In this document: positions 23,101 through 38,100 of the stretch, piece by piece | Layout: each line of letters begins with the position of its first letter | Numbering within the stretch: position 1 is the stretch's first letter | The notes under the pieces: generated by a model | Told to the model about the DNA's origin: nothing | The model's database searches: none | The model's input: the letters and a program-made list of their open reading frames with translations, nothing else | Translations under genes and position numbers: made by a program | Source of the DNA: Eledone cirrhosa | Lineage: Eukaryota | Reading direction: 5' to 3' | Length of the DNA: 64,000 nucleotides | NCBI GenBank assembly: GCA_964016885.1 | Contig: OZ024740.1 | Span: 432,636,001 to 432,700,000, forward strand

Positions 23101-26100
23101 ACAACAAAAAGTACCCAGCACACACTGTAAAGTGGTCATGTAGGTGTCACAACAAAAAGTACCCAGAACACACTGTAAAGTGGTCATGTAGGTGTCACAA
23201 CAAAAGGTACCCAGCCCATACTGTAAAGTGGTCATGTACGTGTCACAACAAACAACACCCAGAACACACTGTAAAGTGGTCATGTAGGTGTCACAACAAA
23301 AGGTACCTAGCACACACTGTAAAGTGGTCATGTAGGTGTCACAGCAAAAAGTACCCAGCACACACTGTAAAGTGGTCATGTAGGTGCCACAACAAACAAC
23401 ACCCAGCACACACTGTAAAGTGATCATGTAGGTGTCACAACAAAAGGTACCCATCATACACTAAAGTGGTCCTGTAGGTGTCAAAACAAAAGGTACCCAG
23501 CACACACTGTAAAGTGGTCATGTAGGTATCACAACAAAAGGTACCCAGCACACACTGTAAAATGGTCATGTAGGTATCACAACAAACAACACCCAGTACA
23601 CAATGTAAAGTGGTCATGTAGGTGTAACAACAAACAACATCCAGTACACAATGTAAAGTGGTCATGTAGGTCTCACAACAAACAAGACACAGAACACACT
23701 GTAAAGTGGTCATGTAGGTGTCACAACAAAAGGTACCCAGTACACACTGTAAAGTGGTCATGTAGGTGTCACAACAAAAAATACCCAGCACACACTGTAA
23801 ATTGGTCATGTAGGTGTCACAACAAACAACACCCAGTCCACACTGTCAAGTGGTCATGTAGGTGTCACAACAAAAGGTACCCAGGACACACTGTAAAGTG
23901 GTTATGTAGATGTCACAACAAAAGGTACCCAGCACACACTGTAAAGTGGTCATGTAGGTGTCACAACAAACAACACCCAGTACACACTGTAAAGTGGTCA
24001 TGTAGGTGTCACAACAAAAGGAACCCAGTATACATTGTAAAGTGGTCATGTAGGTGTCACAACAAAAGGTACCCAGTACACACTGTAAAGTGGTCATGTA
24101 GGTGTCACAACAAAAGGTACCCAGCACACTCTGTAAAGTGGTTATGTAGATGTCACAACAAAAGGTACCCAGTACACACTGTAAAGTGGTCATGTAGGTG
24201 TCACAACAAAAGGTACCCAGTACACACTGTTAAGTGGGCATGTAGGTGTCACAACAAAAGGTACCCAGTACACACTGTAAAGTGGTCATGTAGGTGTCAC
24301 AACAAAAAGCACCCAGAACACACTGTAAAGTGGTCATGTAGGTGTCACAACAAACAACACCCAGTCCACACTGTAAAGTGGTCATGTAGGTGTCACACCA
24401 AAAGGTACCCAGCCCACACTGTAAAGTGGTCAGGTAGGTGTCGCAACAAATGGTACCCAGCACACACTGTAAAGTGGTCATGTAGGTATCACAACAAACA
24501 ACACCCAGTACACAATGTAAAGTGGTCATGTAGGTGTAACAACAAACAACATCCAGTACACACTGTAAAGTGGTCATGTAGGTGTCACAACAAAAGGTAC
24601 CCAGTACACACTGTAAAGTGGTCATGTAGGTGTCACAACAAACAACACACAGAACACACTCTAAAGTGGTCATGTAGGTGTCACAACAAAAGTACCCAGT
24701 ACACACTGTAAAGTAGTCACGTAGGTGTCACAACAAAAAATACCCAGCACACACTGTAAAGTGGTCATGTAGGTGTCACAACAAACAACACCCAGTCCAC
24801 ACTGTCAAGTGGTCATGTAGTTGTCACAACAAAAGATACCCATCATACACTATGTGGTCATGTAGGTGTCAAAACAAAAAGTACTCAGCACACGCTGTAG
24901 AGTGGTCATGTAGGTGTCACAACAAAAAATACCCAGTCCACACTGTAGAGTGGTCATGTAGGGGTCATAACAAAAGGTACTCAGCACACACTGTAAAGTG
25001 GTCATGTAGGTGTCACAACAAAAGCACCCAGTACACGCTCTAAAGTGGTCATGCAGGTGTCACAACAAACAACACCCAGTACACACTGTAAAGTGGTCAT
25101 GTAGGTGTCACAACAAACAACACCCAGAACACACTGTAAAGTGGTCATGCAGGTGTCACAACAAAAAATACCCAGCACACACTGTAAAGTGTTCATGTAG
25201 GAGACACAATAAACAACACCCAGTACACACTGTAAAGTGGTCAGGTAGGTGTCACAACAAAAGGTACCCAGCACACACTGTAAAGTGGTCATGTAGGTGT
25301 CACAACAAAAAGTACTCAGCACACACTGTAAAGTGGTCATGTAGGTGTCACAACAAAAAGCAACCACTACACACTGTAGAGTGGTCATGTAGGGTTAACA
25401 ACAAAAGGTACTCAGCACACACTGTAAAGTGGTCATGTAGGTGTCACAACAAAAGGTACCCAGCACACACTGTAAAGTGGTTATGTAGATGTCACAACAA
25501 AAGGTACCCAGTACACACTGTAAAGTGGTTATGTAGGTGTCACAACAAAAAGTACCCATCACACACTGTATAGTGGTCATGTAGGTGTCACAACAAAAAG
25601 TACCCAGCACACACTGTAAAGTGGTCATGTAGGTGTCACAACAAAAAGTACCCAGAACACACTGTAAAGTGGTCATGTAGGTGTCACAACAAAAGGTACC
25701 CAGCCCATACTGTAAAGTGGTCATGTAGGTGTCACAACAAACAACACCCAGAACACACTGTAAAGTGGTCATGTAGGTGTCACAACAAAAGGTACCTAGC
25801 ACACACTGTAAAGTGGTCATGTAGGTGTCACAGCAAAAAGTACCCAGCACACACTGTAAAGTGGTCATGTAGGTGCCACAACAAACAACACCCAGCACAC
25901 ACTGTAAAGTGATCATGTAGGTGTCACAACAAAAGGTACCCATCATTCACTAAAGTGGTCCTGTAGGTGTCAAAACAAAAGGTACCCAGCACACACTGTA
26001 AAGTGGTCATGTAGGTATCACAACCAAAGGTACCCAGCACACACTGTAAAGTGGTCATGTAGGTATCACAACAAACAACACCCAGTACACAATGTAAAGT

Positions 26101-29100
26101 GGTCATGTAGGTGTAACAACAAACAACATCCAGTACACAATGTAAAGTGGTCATGTAGGTGTCACAACAAAAGGTACCCAGTACACACTGTAAAGTGGTC
26201 ATGTAGGTGTCACAACAAACAACACACAGAACACACTGTAAAGTGGTCATGTAGGTGTCACAACAAAAGGTACCCAGTACACACTGTAAAGTGGTCATAT
26301 AGGTGTCACAACAAAAAATACCCAGCACACACTGTAAATTGGTCAGGTAGGTGTCACAACAAACAACACCCAGTCCACACTGTCAAGTGGTCATGTAGGT
26401 GTCACAACAAAAGGTACCCAGGACACACTGTAAAGTGGTTATGTAGATGTCACAACAAAAGGTACCCAGCACACACTGTAAAGTGGTCAGGTACGTGTCA
26501 CAACAAAAGGTACCCAGCACACACAGTAAAGTGGTCATGTAGGTGTCACAACAAACAACACCCAGTACACACTGTAAAGTGGTCATGTAGGTGTCACAAC
26601 AAAAGGTACACAGCACACACTGTAAAGTGGTCGTGTAGGTGTCACAACAAAAAGTACCCAGCACACACTGTAAAGTGGTCATGTAGGTGTCACAACAAAA
26701 GGTACCCAGTACACACTGTTAAGTGGGCATGTAGGTGTCACAACAAAAGTTACCCAGTACACACTGTAAAGTGGTCATGTAGGTGTCACAACAAAAAGTA
26801 CCCAGAACACACTGTAAAGTGGTCATGTAGGTGTCACAACAAACAACACCCAGTCCACACTGTAAAGTGGTCATGTAGGTGTCACACCAAAAGGTACCCA
26901 GCCCACACTGTAAAGTGGTCAGGTAGGTGTCGCAACAAATGGTACCCAGCACACACTGTAAAGTGGTCATGTAGGTGTCACAACAAAAGGTACCCAGTAC
27001 ACACTGTTAAGTGGGCATGTAGGTATCACAACAAAAGGTACTCAGCACACACTGTAAAGTGGTCATGTAGGTGTCACAACAAAAGGTACCCAGTACACAC
27101 CGTAAAGTGGTCATGTAGGTGTCACAACAAAAAATACCCAGCACAAACTGTAAAGTGGTCATGTAGGTGTCACAACAAACAACACCCAGTACACACTGTA
27201 AAGTGGTCAGGTAGGTGTCACAACAAAAGGTACCCAGCCCACACTGTAAAGTGGTCATGTAGGTGTAGCAACAAAGGGTACCCAGTACACACTGTAAAGT
27301 GGTCATGTAGGTGTCACAACAAACACCACCCAGTACACACTGTAAAGTGGTCATGCAGGTGTCACAACAAAAAATACCCAGCACACACTGTAAAGTGGTC
27401 ATGTAGGGGTCGCAACAAATGGTACTCAGCACACACTGTAAAGTGGTCATGTAGGTGTCACAACAAAAGGTACCCAGCACACACTGTAAAGTGGTTATGT
27501 AGATGTCACAACAAAAAATACCCAGCACACACTGTAAAGTGGTCATGTAGGTGTCACAACAAAAAGTACCCAGCACACACTGTAAAGTGGTCATGTAGGT
27601 GTCACAAAAAGGTACCCAGTACACACTGTAAAGTGGTCATGTAGGTGTCACAAGAAAAAGTACCCAGCACACACTGTAAAGTGTTCATGTAGGTGTGACA
27701 ACAAACAAAACCCAGTACACACTGTAAAGTGGTCAGGTAGGTGTCACAACAAAAGGTACCCAGCACACAGGGTAAAGTGGTCATGTAGGTGTCACAACAA
27801 AAAACACCCAGTACACACTCTAAAGTGGTCATGTAGGTGTCACAACAAAAGGAACCCAGTACACACTGTAAAGTGGTCATGTAGGTGTCACAACAAACAA
27901 CACCCAGTACACACTGTAAAGTGGTAAGGTAGGTGTCACAACAAACAACACACAGCACACACTGTAAAGTGGTCGTGTAGGTGTCACAACAAAATGTACC
28001 CATCATACACTAAAGTGGTCCTGTAGGTGTCAAAACAAAAGGTACCCAGCACACACTGTAAAGTGGTCATGTAGGTATCACAACAAAAGGTACTCAGCAC
28101 ACACTGTAAAGTGGTCATGTAGGTATCACAACAAACAACACCCAGTACACAATGTAAAGTGGTCATGTAGGTGTAACAACAAACAACATCCAGTACACAC
28201 TGTAAAGTGGTCATGTAGGTGTCACAACAAAAGGTACCCAGTACACACTGTAAAGTGGTCATGTAGGTGTCACAACAAACAACACACAGAACACACTGTA
28301 AAGTGGTCATGTAGGTGTCACAACAAAAGTACCCAGTACACACTGTAAAGTAGTCATGTAGGTGTCACAACAAAAAATACCCAGCACACACTGTAAAGTG
28401 GTCATGTAGGTGTCACAACAAACAACACCCAGTCCACACTGTCAAGTGGTCATGTAGTTGTCACAACAAAAGATACCCATCATACACTATGTGGTCATGT
28501 AGGTGTCAAAACAAAAAGTACTCAGCACACGCTGTAGAGTGGTCATGTAGGTGTCACAACAAAAAATACCCAGTCCACACTGTAGAGTGGTCATGTAGGG
28601 GTCACAACAAAAGGTACTCAGCACACACTGTAAAGTGGTCATGTAGGTGTCACAACAAAAGCACCCAGTACACGCTCTAAAGTGGACATGCAGGTGTCAC
28701 AACAAACAACACCCAGTACACACTGTAAAGTGGTCATGTAGGTGTCACAACAAACAACACCCAGAACACACTGTAAAGTGGTCATGCAGGTGTCACAACA
28801 AAAAATACCCAGCACACACTGTAAAGTGTTCATGTAGGAGTCACAATAAACAACACCCAGTACACACTGTAAAGTGGTCAGGTAGGTGTCACAACAAAAG
28901 GTACCCAGCACACACTGTAAAGTGGTCATGTAGGTGTCACAACAAAAAGTACTCAGCACACACTGTAAAGTGGTCATGTAGGTGTCACAACAAAAAGCAA
29001 CCACTACACACTGTAGAGTGGTCATGTAGGGGTAACAACAAAAGGTACTCAGCACACACTGTAAAGTGGTCATGTAGGTGTCACAACAAAAGGTACCCAG

Positions 29101-32100
29101 CACACACTGTAAAGTGGTTATGTAGATGTCACAACAAAAGGTACCCAGTACACACTGTAAAGTGGTTATGTAGGTGTCACAACAAAAAGTACCCAGCACA
29201 CACTGTAAAGTGGTCATGTAGGTGTCACAACAAAAAGTACCCAGCACACACTGTAAAGTGGTCATGTAGGTGTCACAACAAAAAGTACCCAGAACACACT
29301 GTAAAGTGGTCATGTAGGTGTCACAACAAAAGGTACCCAGCCCATACTGTAAAGTGGTCATGTACGTGTCACAACAAACAACACCCAGAACACACTGTAA
29401 AGTGGTCATGTAGGTGTCACAACAAAAGGTACCTAGCACACACTGTAAAGTGGTCATGTAGGTGTCACAGCAAAAAGTACCCAGCACACACTGTAAAGTG
29501 GTCATGTAGGTGCCACAACAAACAACACCCAGCACACACTGTAAAGTGATCATGTAGGTGTCACAACAAAAGGTACCCATCATACACTAAAGTGGTCCTG
29601 TAGGTGTCAAAACAAAAGGTACCCAGCACACACTGTAAAGTGGTCATGTAGGTATCACAACAAAAGGTACCCAGCACACACTGTAAAATGGTCATGTAGG
29701 TATCACAACAAACAACACCCAGTACACAATGTAAAGTGGTCATGTAGGTGTAACAACAAACAACATCCAGTACACAATGTAAAGTGGTCATGTAGGTCTC
29801 ACAACAAACAAGACACAGAACACACTGTAAAGTGGTCATGTAGGTGTCACAACAAAAGGTACCCAGTACACACTGTAAAGTGGTCATGTAGGTGTCACAA
29901 CAAAAAATACCCAGCACACACTGTAAATTGGTCATGTAGGTGTCACAACAAACAACACCCAGTCCACACTGTCAAGTGGTCATGTAGGTGTCACAACAAA
30001 AGGTACCCAGGACACACTGTAAAGTGGTTATGTAGATGTCACAACAAAAGGTACCCAGCACACACTGTAAAGTGGTCATGTAGGTGTCACAACAAACAAC
30101 ACCCAGTACACACTGTAAAGTGGTCATGTAGGTGTCACAACAAAAGGAACCCAGTATACATTGTAAAGTGGTCATGTAGGTGTCACAACAAAAGGTACCC
30201 AGTACACACTGTAAAGTGGTCATGTAGGTGTCACAACAAAAGGTACCCAGCACACTCTGTAAAGTGGTTATGTAGATGTCACAACAAAAGGTACCCAGTA
30301 CACACTGTAAAGTGGTCATGTAGGTGTCACAACAAAAGGTACCCAGTACACACTGTTAAGTGGGCATGTAGGTGTCACAACAAAAGGTACCCAGTACACA
30401 CTGTAAAGTGGTCATGTAGGTGTCACAACAAAAAGCACCCAGAACACACTGTAAAGTGGTCATGTAGGTGTCACAACAAACAACACCCAGTCCACACTGT
30501 AAAGTGGTCATGTAGGTGTCACACCAAAAGGTACCCAGCCCACACTGTAAAGTGGTCAGGTAGGTGTCGCAACAAATGGTACCCAGCACACACTGTAAAG
30601 TGGTCATGTAGGTGTCACAACAAAAGGTACCCAGTACACACTGTTAAGTGGGCATGTAGATATCACAACAAAAGGTACTCAGCACACACTGTAAAGTGGT
30701 CATGTAGGTGTCACAACAAAAGGTACCCAGTACACACTGTAAAGTGGTCATGTAGGTGTCACAACAAAAAATACCCAGCACACACTGTAAAGTGGTCATG
30801 TAGGTGTCGCAACAAACAACACCCAGTACACACTGTAAAATGGTCAGGTAGGTGTCACAACAAAAGGTACCCAGCCCACACTGTAAAGTGGTCATGTAGG
30901 TGTAGCAACAAAGGGTACCCAGTACACACTGTAAAGTGGTCATGTAGGTGTCACAACAAACACCACCCAGTACACACTGTAAAGTGGTCATGCAGGTGTC
31001 ACAACAAAAAATACCCAGCACACACTGTAAAGTGGTCATGTAGGGGTCGCAACAAATGGTACTCAGCACACACTGTAAAGTGGTCATGTAGGTGTCACAA
31101 CAAAAGGTACCCAGCACACACTGTAAAGTGGTTATGTAGATGTCACAACAAAAGGTACCCGGTACACACTGTAAAGTGGTCATGTAGGTGTCACAACAAA
31201 AGTTACCCAGAACACACTGTAAAGTGGTCATGTAGGTGTCACAACAAAAAGTACTCAGCACACACTGAAAAGTGGTCATGTAGGTATCACAACAAAAAGT
31301 ACCCAGTCCACACTGTAGAGTGGTCACGTAGGGGTCGCAACAAATGGTACTCAGCACACACTGTAAAGTGGTCATGTAGGTGTCACAACAAAAGGTACCC
31401 AGCACACACTGTAAAGTGGTTATGTAGATGTCACAACAAAAGGCACCCGGTACACACTGTAAAGTGGTCATGTAGGTGTCACAACAAAAAGTACCCAGCA
31501 CACACTGTAAAGTGGTTATGTAGATGTCACAACAAAAGGTACCCAGCACACACTGTAAAGTGGTCATGTAGGTGTCACAACAAAAAGTACCCAGCACACA
31601 CTGTAAAGTGGTCATGTAGGTGTCACAACAAAAGGTACCCAGTACACACTGTAAAGTGGTCATGTAGGTGTCACAACAAAAAGTACCCAGCACACACTGT
31701 AAAGTGTTCATGTAGGTGTGACAACAAACAAAACCCAGTACACACTGTAAAGTGGTCAGGTAGGTGTCACAACAAAAGGTACCCAGCACAGACGGTAAAG
31801 TGGTCATGTAGGTGTCACAACAAACAACACCCAGTACACACTCTAAAGTGGTCATGTAGGTGTCACAACAAAAGGAACCCAGTACACACTGTAAAGTGGT
31901 CATGTAGGTGTCACAACAAACAACACCCAGTACACACTGTAAAGTGGTAAGGTAGGTGTCACAACAAACAACACACAGCACACACTGTAAAGTGGTCGTG
32001 TAGGTGTCACAACAAAAATTACCCAGCACACACTGTAAAGTGGTCATGTAGGTGTCACAACAAAAGGTACCTAGCACACACTGTAAAGTGGTCATGTAGG

Positions 32101-35100
32101 TGTCACAGCAAAAAGTACCCAGCACACACTGTAAAGTGGTCATGTAGGTGCCACAATAAACAACACCCAGCACACACTGTAAAGTGATCATGTAGGTGTC
32201 ACAACAAAAGGTACCCATCATACACTAAAGTGGTCCTGTAGGTGTCAAAACAAAAGGTACCCAGCACACACTGTAAAGTGGTCATGTAGGTATCACAACA
32301 AAAGGTACCCAGCACACACTGTAAAGTGGTCATGTAGGTATCACAACAAACAACACCCAGTACACAATGTAAAGTGGTCATGTAGGTGTAACAACAAACA
32401 ACATCCAGTACACACTGTAAAGTGGTCATGTAGGTGTCACAACAAAAGGTACCCAGTACACACTGTAAAGTGGTCATGTAGGTGTCACAACAAACAACAC
32501 ACAGAACACACTGTAAATTGGTCATGTAGTTGTCACAACAAAAGATACCCATCATACACTATGTGGTCATGTAGGTGTCAAAACAAAAGTACTCAGCACA
32601 CGCTGTAGAGTGGTCATGTAGGTGTCACAACAAAAAATACCCAGTCCACACTGTAGAGTGGTCATGTAGGGGTCACAACAAAAGGTACTCAGCACACACT
32701 GTAAAGTGGTCATGTAGGTGTGACAACAAAAGGTACCCAGCACACACTGTAAAGTGGTTATGTAGATGTCACAACAAAAGGTACCCGGTACACACTGTAA
32801 AGTGGTCATGTAGGTGTCACAACAAAAAGTACCCAGCACACACTGTAAAGTGGTTATGTAGATGTCACAACAAAAGGTACCCAGTACACACTGTAAAGTG
32901 GTCATGTAGGTGTAACAACAAAAGCACCAAGTACACACTGTAAAGTGGTCATGTAGGTGTCACAACAAACAACACCCAGTACACACTGTAAAGTGGTCAT
33001 GTAGGTGTCACAACAAAAGGTACCCAGCACACACTGTAAAGTGGTCATGTAGGTGTCACAACAAAAAGTACCCAGCACACACGGTAGAGTGGTCATGTAG
33101 ATTTCAAAACAAAAGGTACCCAGTACACACTGTAATGTGGTCATGTAGGTGTCACAACAAAAAGTACCCAGCACACACTGTAAAGTGGTCATTTAAGTGT
33201 CACAACAAAAAGTACCCAGTGCACTCTGTAAATTGGTCATGTTAGTGTCACAACAAAAGGTACCCAGGACACACTGTAAAGTGGTTATGTAGATGTCACA
33301 ACAAAAGGTACCCAGTACACACTGTAAAGTGGTCATGTAGGTGTCACAACAAAAGCACCCAGTACACGCTCTAAAGTGGTCATGCAGGTGTCACAACAAA
33401 CAACACCCAGTACACACTGTAAAGTGGTCATGTAGGTGTCACAACAAACAACAACCAGAACACACTGTAAAGTGGTCATGCAGGTGTCACAACAAAAAAT
33501 ACCCAGCACACACTGTAAAGTGGTCATGTAGGTGTCACAACAAAAGGTACCCAGCACACACTGTAAAGTGGTTATGTAGATGTCACAACAAAAGGTACCC
33601 AGTACACACTGTAAAGTGGTTATGTAGGTGTCACAACAAAAAGTACCCAGCACACACTGTAAAGTGGTCATGTAGGTGTCACAACAAAAAGTACCCAGCA
33701 CACACTGTAAAGTGGTCATGTAGGTGTCACAACAAAAAGTACCCAGAACACACTGTAAAGTGGTCATGTAGGTGTCACAACAAAAGGTACCCAGAACAAA
33801 CTGTAAAGTGGTCATGTAGGTGTCACAACAAAAGGTACCTAGCACACACTGTAAAGTGGTCATGTAGGTGTCACAGCAAAAAGTACCCAGCACACACTGT
33901 AAAGTGGTCATGTAGGTGCCACAACAAACAACACCCAGCACACACTGTAAAGTGATCATGTAGGTGTCACAACAAAAGGTACCCATCATACACTAAAGTG
34001 GTCCTGTAGGTGTCAAAACAAAAGGTACCCAGCACACACTGTAAAGTGGTCATGTAGGTATCACAACAAAAGGTACCCAGCACACACTGTAAAGTGGTCA
34101 TGTAGGTATCACAACAAACAACACCCAGTACACAATGTAAAGTGGTCATGTAGGTGTAACAACAAACAACATCCAGTACACAATGTAAAGTGGTCATGTA
34201 GGTGTCACAACAAAAGGTACCCAGTACACACTGTAAAGTGGTCATGTAGGTGTCACAACAAAAAATACCCAGCACACACTGTAAATTGGTCATGTAGGTG
34301 TCACAACAAACAACACCCAGTCCACACTGTCAAGTGGTCATGTAGGTGTCACAACAAAAGGTACCCATCATACACTATGTGGTCATGTAGGTGTCAAAAC
34401 AAAAAGTACTCAGCACACACTGTAAAGTGGTCATGTAGGTGTCACAACAAAAGGTACCCATCATACACTATGTGGTCATGTAGGTGTCAAAACAAAAAGT
34501 ACTCAGCACACGCTGTAGAGTGGTCATTTAAGTGTCACAACAAAAAGTACCCAGTGCACTCTGTAAATTGGTCATGTAGGTGTCACAACAAACAACACCC
34601 GGTACACACTGTAAAGTGGTCATGTAGGTGTCACAACAAAAAGTACCCAGCACACACTGTAAAGTGGTCATTTAAGTGTCACAACAAAAAGTACCCAGTG
34701 CACTCTGTAAATTGGTCATGTAGGTGTCACAACAAAAGGTACCCAGGACACACTGTAAAGTGGTTATGTAGATGTCACAACAAAAGGTACCCAGTACACA
34801 CTGTAAAGTGGTCATGTAGGTGTCACAACAAAAGCACCCAGTACACGCTGTAAAGTGGTCATGTAGGTGTCACAACAAACAACACCCAGTACACACTGTA
34901 AAGTGGTCATGTAGGTGTCACAACAAACAACACCCAGTCCACACTGTAAAGTGGTCATGTAGGTGTCACAACAAACAACACCCAGAACACACTGTAAAGT
35001 GGTCATGCAGGTGTCAGAACAAAAAATACCCAGCACACACTGTAAAGTGTTCATGTAGGAGTCACAATAAACAACACCCAGTACACACTGTAAAGTGGTC

Positions 35101-38100
35101 ATGTAGGTGTCACAACAAAAGGTACCCAGCACACACTGTAAAGTGGTCATGTAGGTGTCACAACAAAAAGTACCCAGCACACACTGTAAAGTGGTCATGT
35201 AGGTGTCACAACAAAAGGTACCCAGTACACACTGTAAAGTGGTCATGTAGGTGTCACAACAAAAAGTACCCAGCACACACTGTAAAGTGTTCATGTAGGT
35301 GTGACAACAAACAAAACCCAGTACACACTGTAAAGTGGTCAGGTAGGTGTCACAACAAAAGGTACCCAGCACAGACGGTAAAGTGGTCATGTAGGTGTCA
35401 CAACAAACAACACCCAGTACACACTCTAAAGTGGTCATGTAGGTGTCACAACAAAAGGAACCCAGTACACACTGTAAAGTGGTCATGTAGGTGTCACAAC
35501 AAACAACACCCAGTACACACTGTAAAGTGGTAAGGTAGGTGTCACAACAAACAACACACAGCACACACTGTAAAGTGGTCGTGTAGGTGTCACAACAAAA
35601 ATTACCCAGCACACACTGTAAAGTGGTCATGTAGGTGTCACAACAAAAGGTACCTAGCACACACTGTAAAGTGGTCATGTAGGTGTCACAGCAAAAAGTA
35701 CCCAGCACACACTGTAAAGTGGTCATGTAGGTGCCACAATAAACAACACCCAGCACACACTGTAAAGTGATCATGTAGGTGTCACAACAAAAGGTACCCA
35801 TCATACACTAAAGTGGTCCTGTAGGTGTCAAAACAAAAGGTACCCAGCACACACTGTAAAGTGGTCATGTAGGTATCACAACAAAAGGTACCCAGCACAC
35901 ACTGTAAAGTGGTCATGTAGGTATCACAACAAACAACACCCAGTACACAATGTAAAGTGGTCATGTAGGTGTAACAACAAACAACATCCAGTACACACTG
36001 TAAAGTGGTCATGTAGGTGTCACAACAAAAGGTACCCAGTACACACTGTAAAGTGGTCATGTAGGTGTCACAACAAACAACACACAGAACACACTGTAAA
36101 GTGGTCATGTAGTTGTCACAACAAAAGATACCCATCATACACTATGTGGTCATGTAGGTGTCAAAACAAAAGTACTCAGCACACGCTGTAGAGTGGTCAT
36201 GTAGGTGTCACAACAAAAAATACCCAGTCCACACTGTAGAGTGGTCATGTAGGGGTCACAACAAAAGGTACTCAGCACACACTGTAAAGTGGTCATGTAG
36301 GTGTCACAACAAAAGGTACCCAGCACACACTGTAAAGTGGTTATGTAGATGTCACAACAAAAGGTACCCGGTACACACTGTAAAGTGGTCATGTAGGTGT
36401 CACAACAAAAAGTACCCAGCACACACTGTAAAGTGGTTATGTAGATGTCACAACAAAAGGTACCCAGTACACACTGTAAAGTGGTCATGTAGGTGTAACA
36501 ACAAAAGCACCAAGTACACACTGTAAAGTGGTCATGTAGGTGTCACAACAAACAACACCCAGTACACACTGTAAAGTGGTCATGTAGGTGTCACAACAAA
36601 AGGTACCCAGCACACACTGTAAAGTGGTCATGTAGGTGTCACAACAAAAAGTACCCAGCACACACGGTAGAGTGGTCATGTAGATTTCAAAACAAAAGGT
36701 ACCCAGTACACACTGTAATGTGGTCATGTAGGTGTCACAACAAAAAGTACCCAGCACACACTGTAAAGTGGTCATTTAAGTGTCACAACAAAAAGTACCC
36801 AGTGCACTCTGTAAATTGGTCATGTTAGTGTCACAACAAAAGGTACCCAGGACACACTGTAAAGTGGTTATGTAGATGTCACAACAAAAGGTACCCAGTA
36901 CACACTGTAAAGTGGTCATGTAGGTGTCACAACAAAAGCACCCAGTACACGCTCTAAAGTGGTCATGCAGGTGTCACAACAAACAACACCCAGTACACAC
37001 TGTAAAGTGGTCATGTAGGTGTCACAACAAACAACAACCAGAACACACTGTAAAGTGGTCATGCAGGTGTCACAACAAAAAATACCCAGCACACACTGTA
37101 AAGTGGTCATGTAGGTGTCACAACAAAAGGTACCCAGCACACACTGTAAAGTGGTTATGTAGATGTCACAACAAAAGGTACCCAGTACACACTGTAAAGT
37201 GGTTATGTAGGTGTCACAACAAAAAGTACCCAGCACACACTGTAAAGTGGTCATGTAGGTGTCACAACAAAAAGTACCCAGCACACACTGTAAAGTGGTC
37301 ATGTAGGTGTCACAACAAAAAGTACCCAGAACACACTGTAAAGTGGTCATGTAGGTGTCACAACAAAAGGTACCCAGCCCATACTGTAAAGTGGTCATGT
37401 AGGTGTCACAACAAACAACACCCAGAACACACTGTAAAGTGGTCATGTAGGTGTCACAACAAAAGGTACCTAGCACACACTGTAAAGTGGTCATGTAGGT
37501 GTCACAGCAAAAAGTACCCAGCACACACTGTAAAGTGGTCATGTAGGTGCCACAACAAACAACACCCAGCACACACTGTAAAGTGATCATGTAGGTGTCA
37601 CAACAAAAGGTACCCATCATACACTAAAGTGGTCCTGTAGGTGTCAAAACAAAAGGTACCCAGCACACACTGTAAAGTGGTCATGTAGGTATCACAACAA
37701 AAGGTACCCAGCACACACTGTAAAGTGGTCATGTAGGTATCACAACAAACAACACCCAGTACACAATGTAAAGTGGTCATGTAGGTGTAACAACAAACAA
37801 CATCCAGTACACAATGTAAAGTGGTCATGTAGGTGTCACAACAAAAGGTACCCAGTACACACTGTAAAGTGGTCATGTAGGTGTCACAACAAAAAATACC
37901 CAGCACACACTGTAAATTGGTCATGTAGGTGTCACAACAAACAACACCCAGTCCACACTGTCAAGTGGTCATGTAGGTGTCACAACAAAAGGTACCCATC
38001 ATACACTATGTGGTCATGTAGGTGTCAAAACAAAAAGTACTCAGCACACACTGTAAAGTGGTCATGTAGGTGTCACAACAAAAGGTACCCATCATACACT

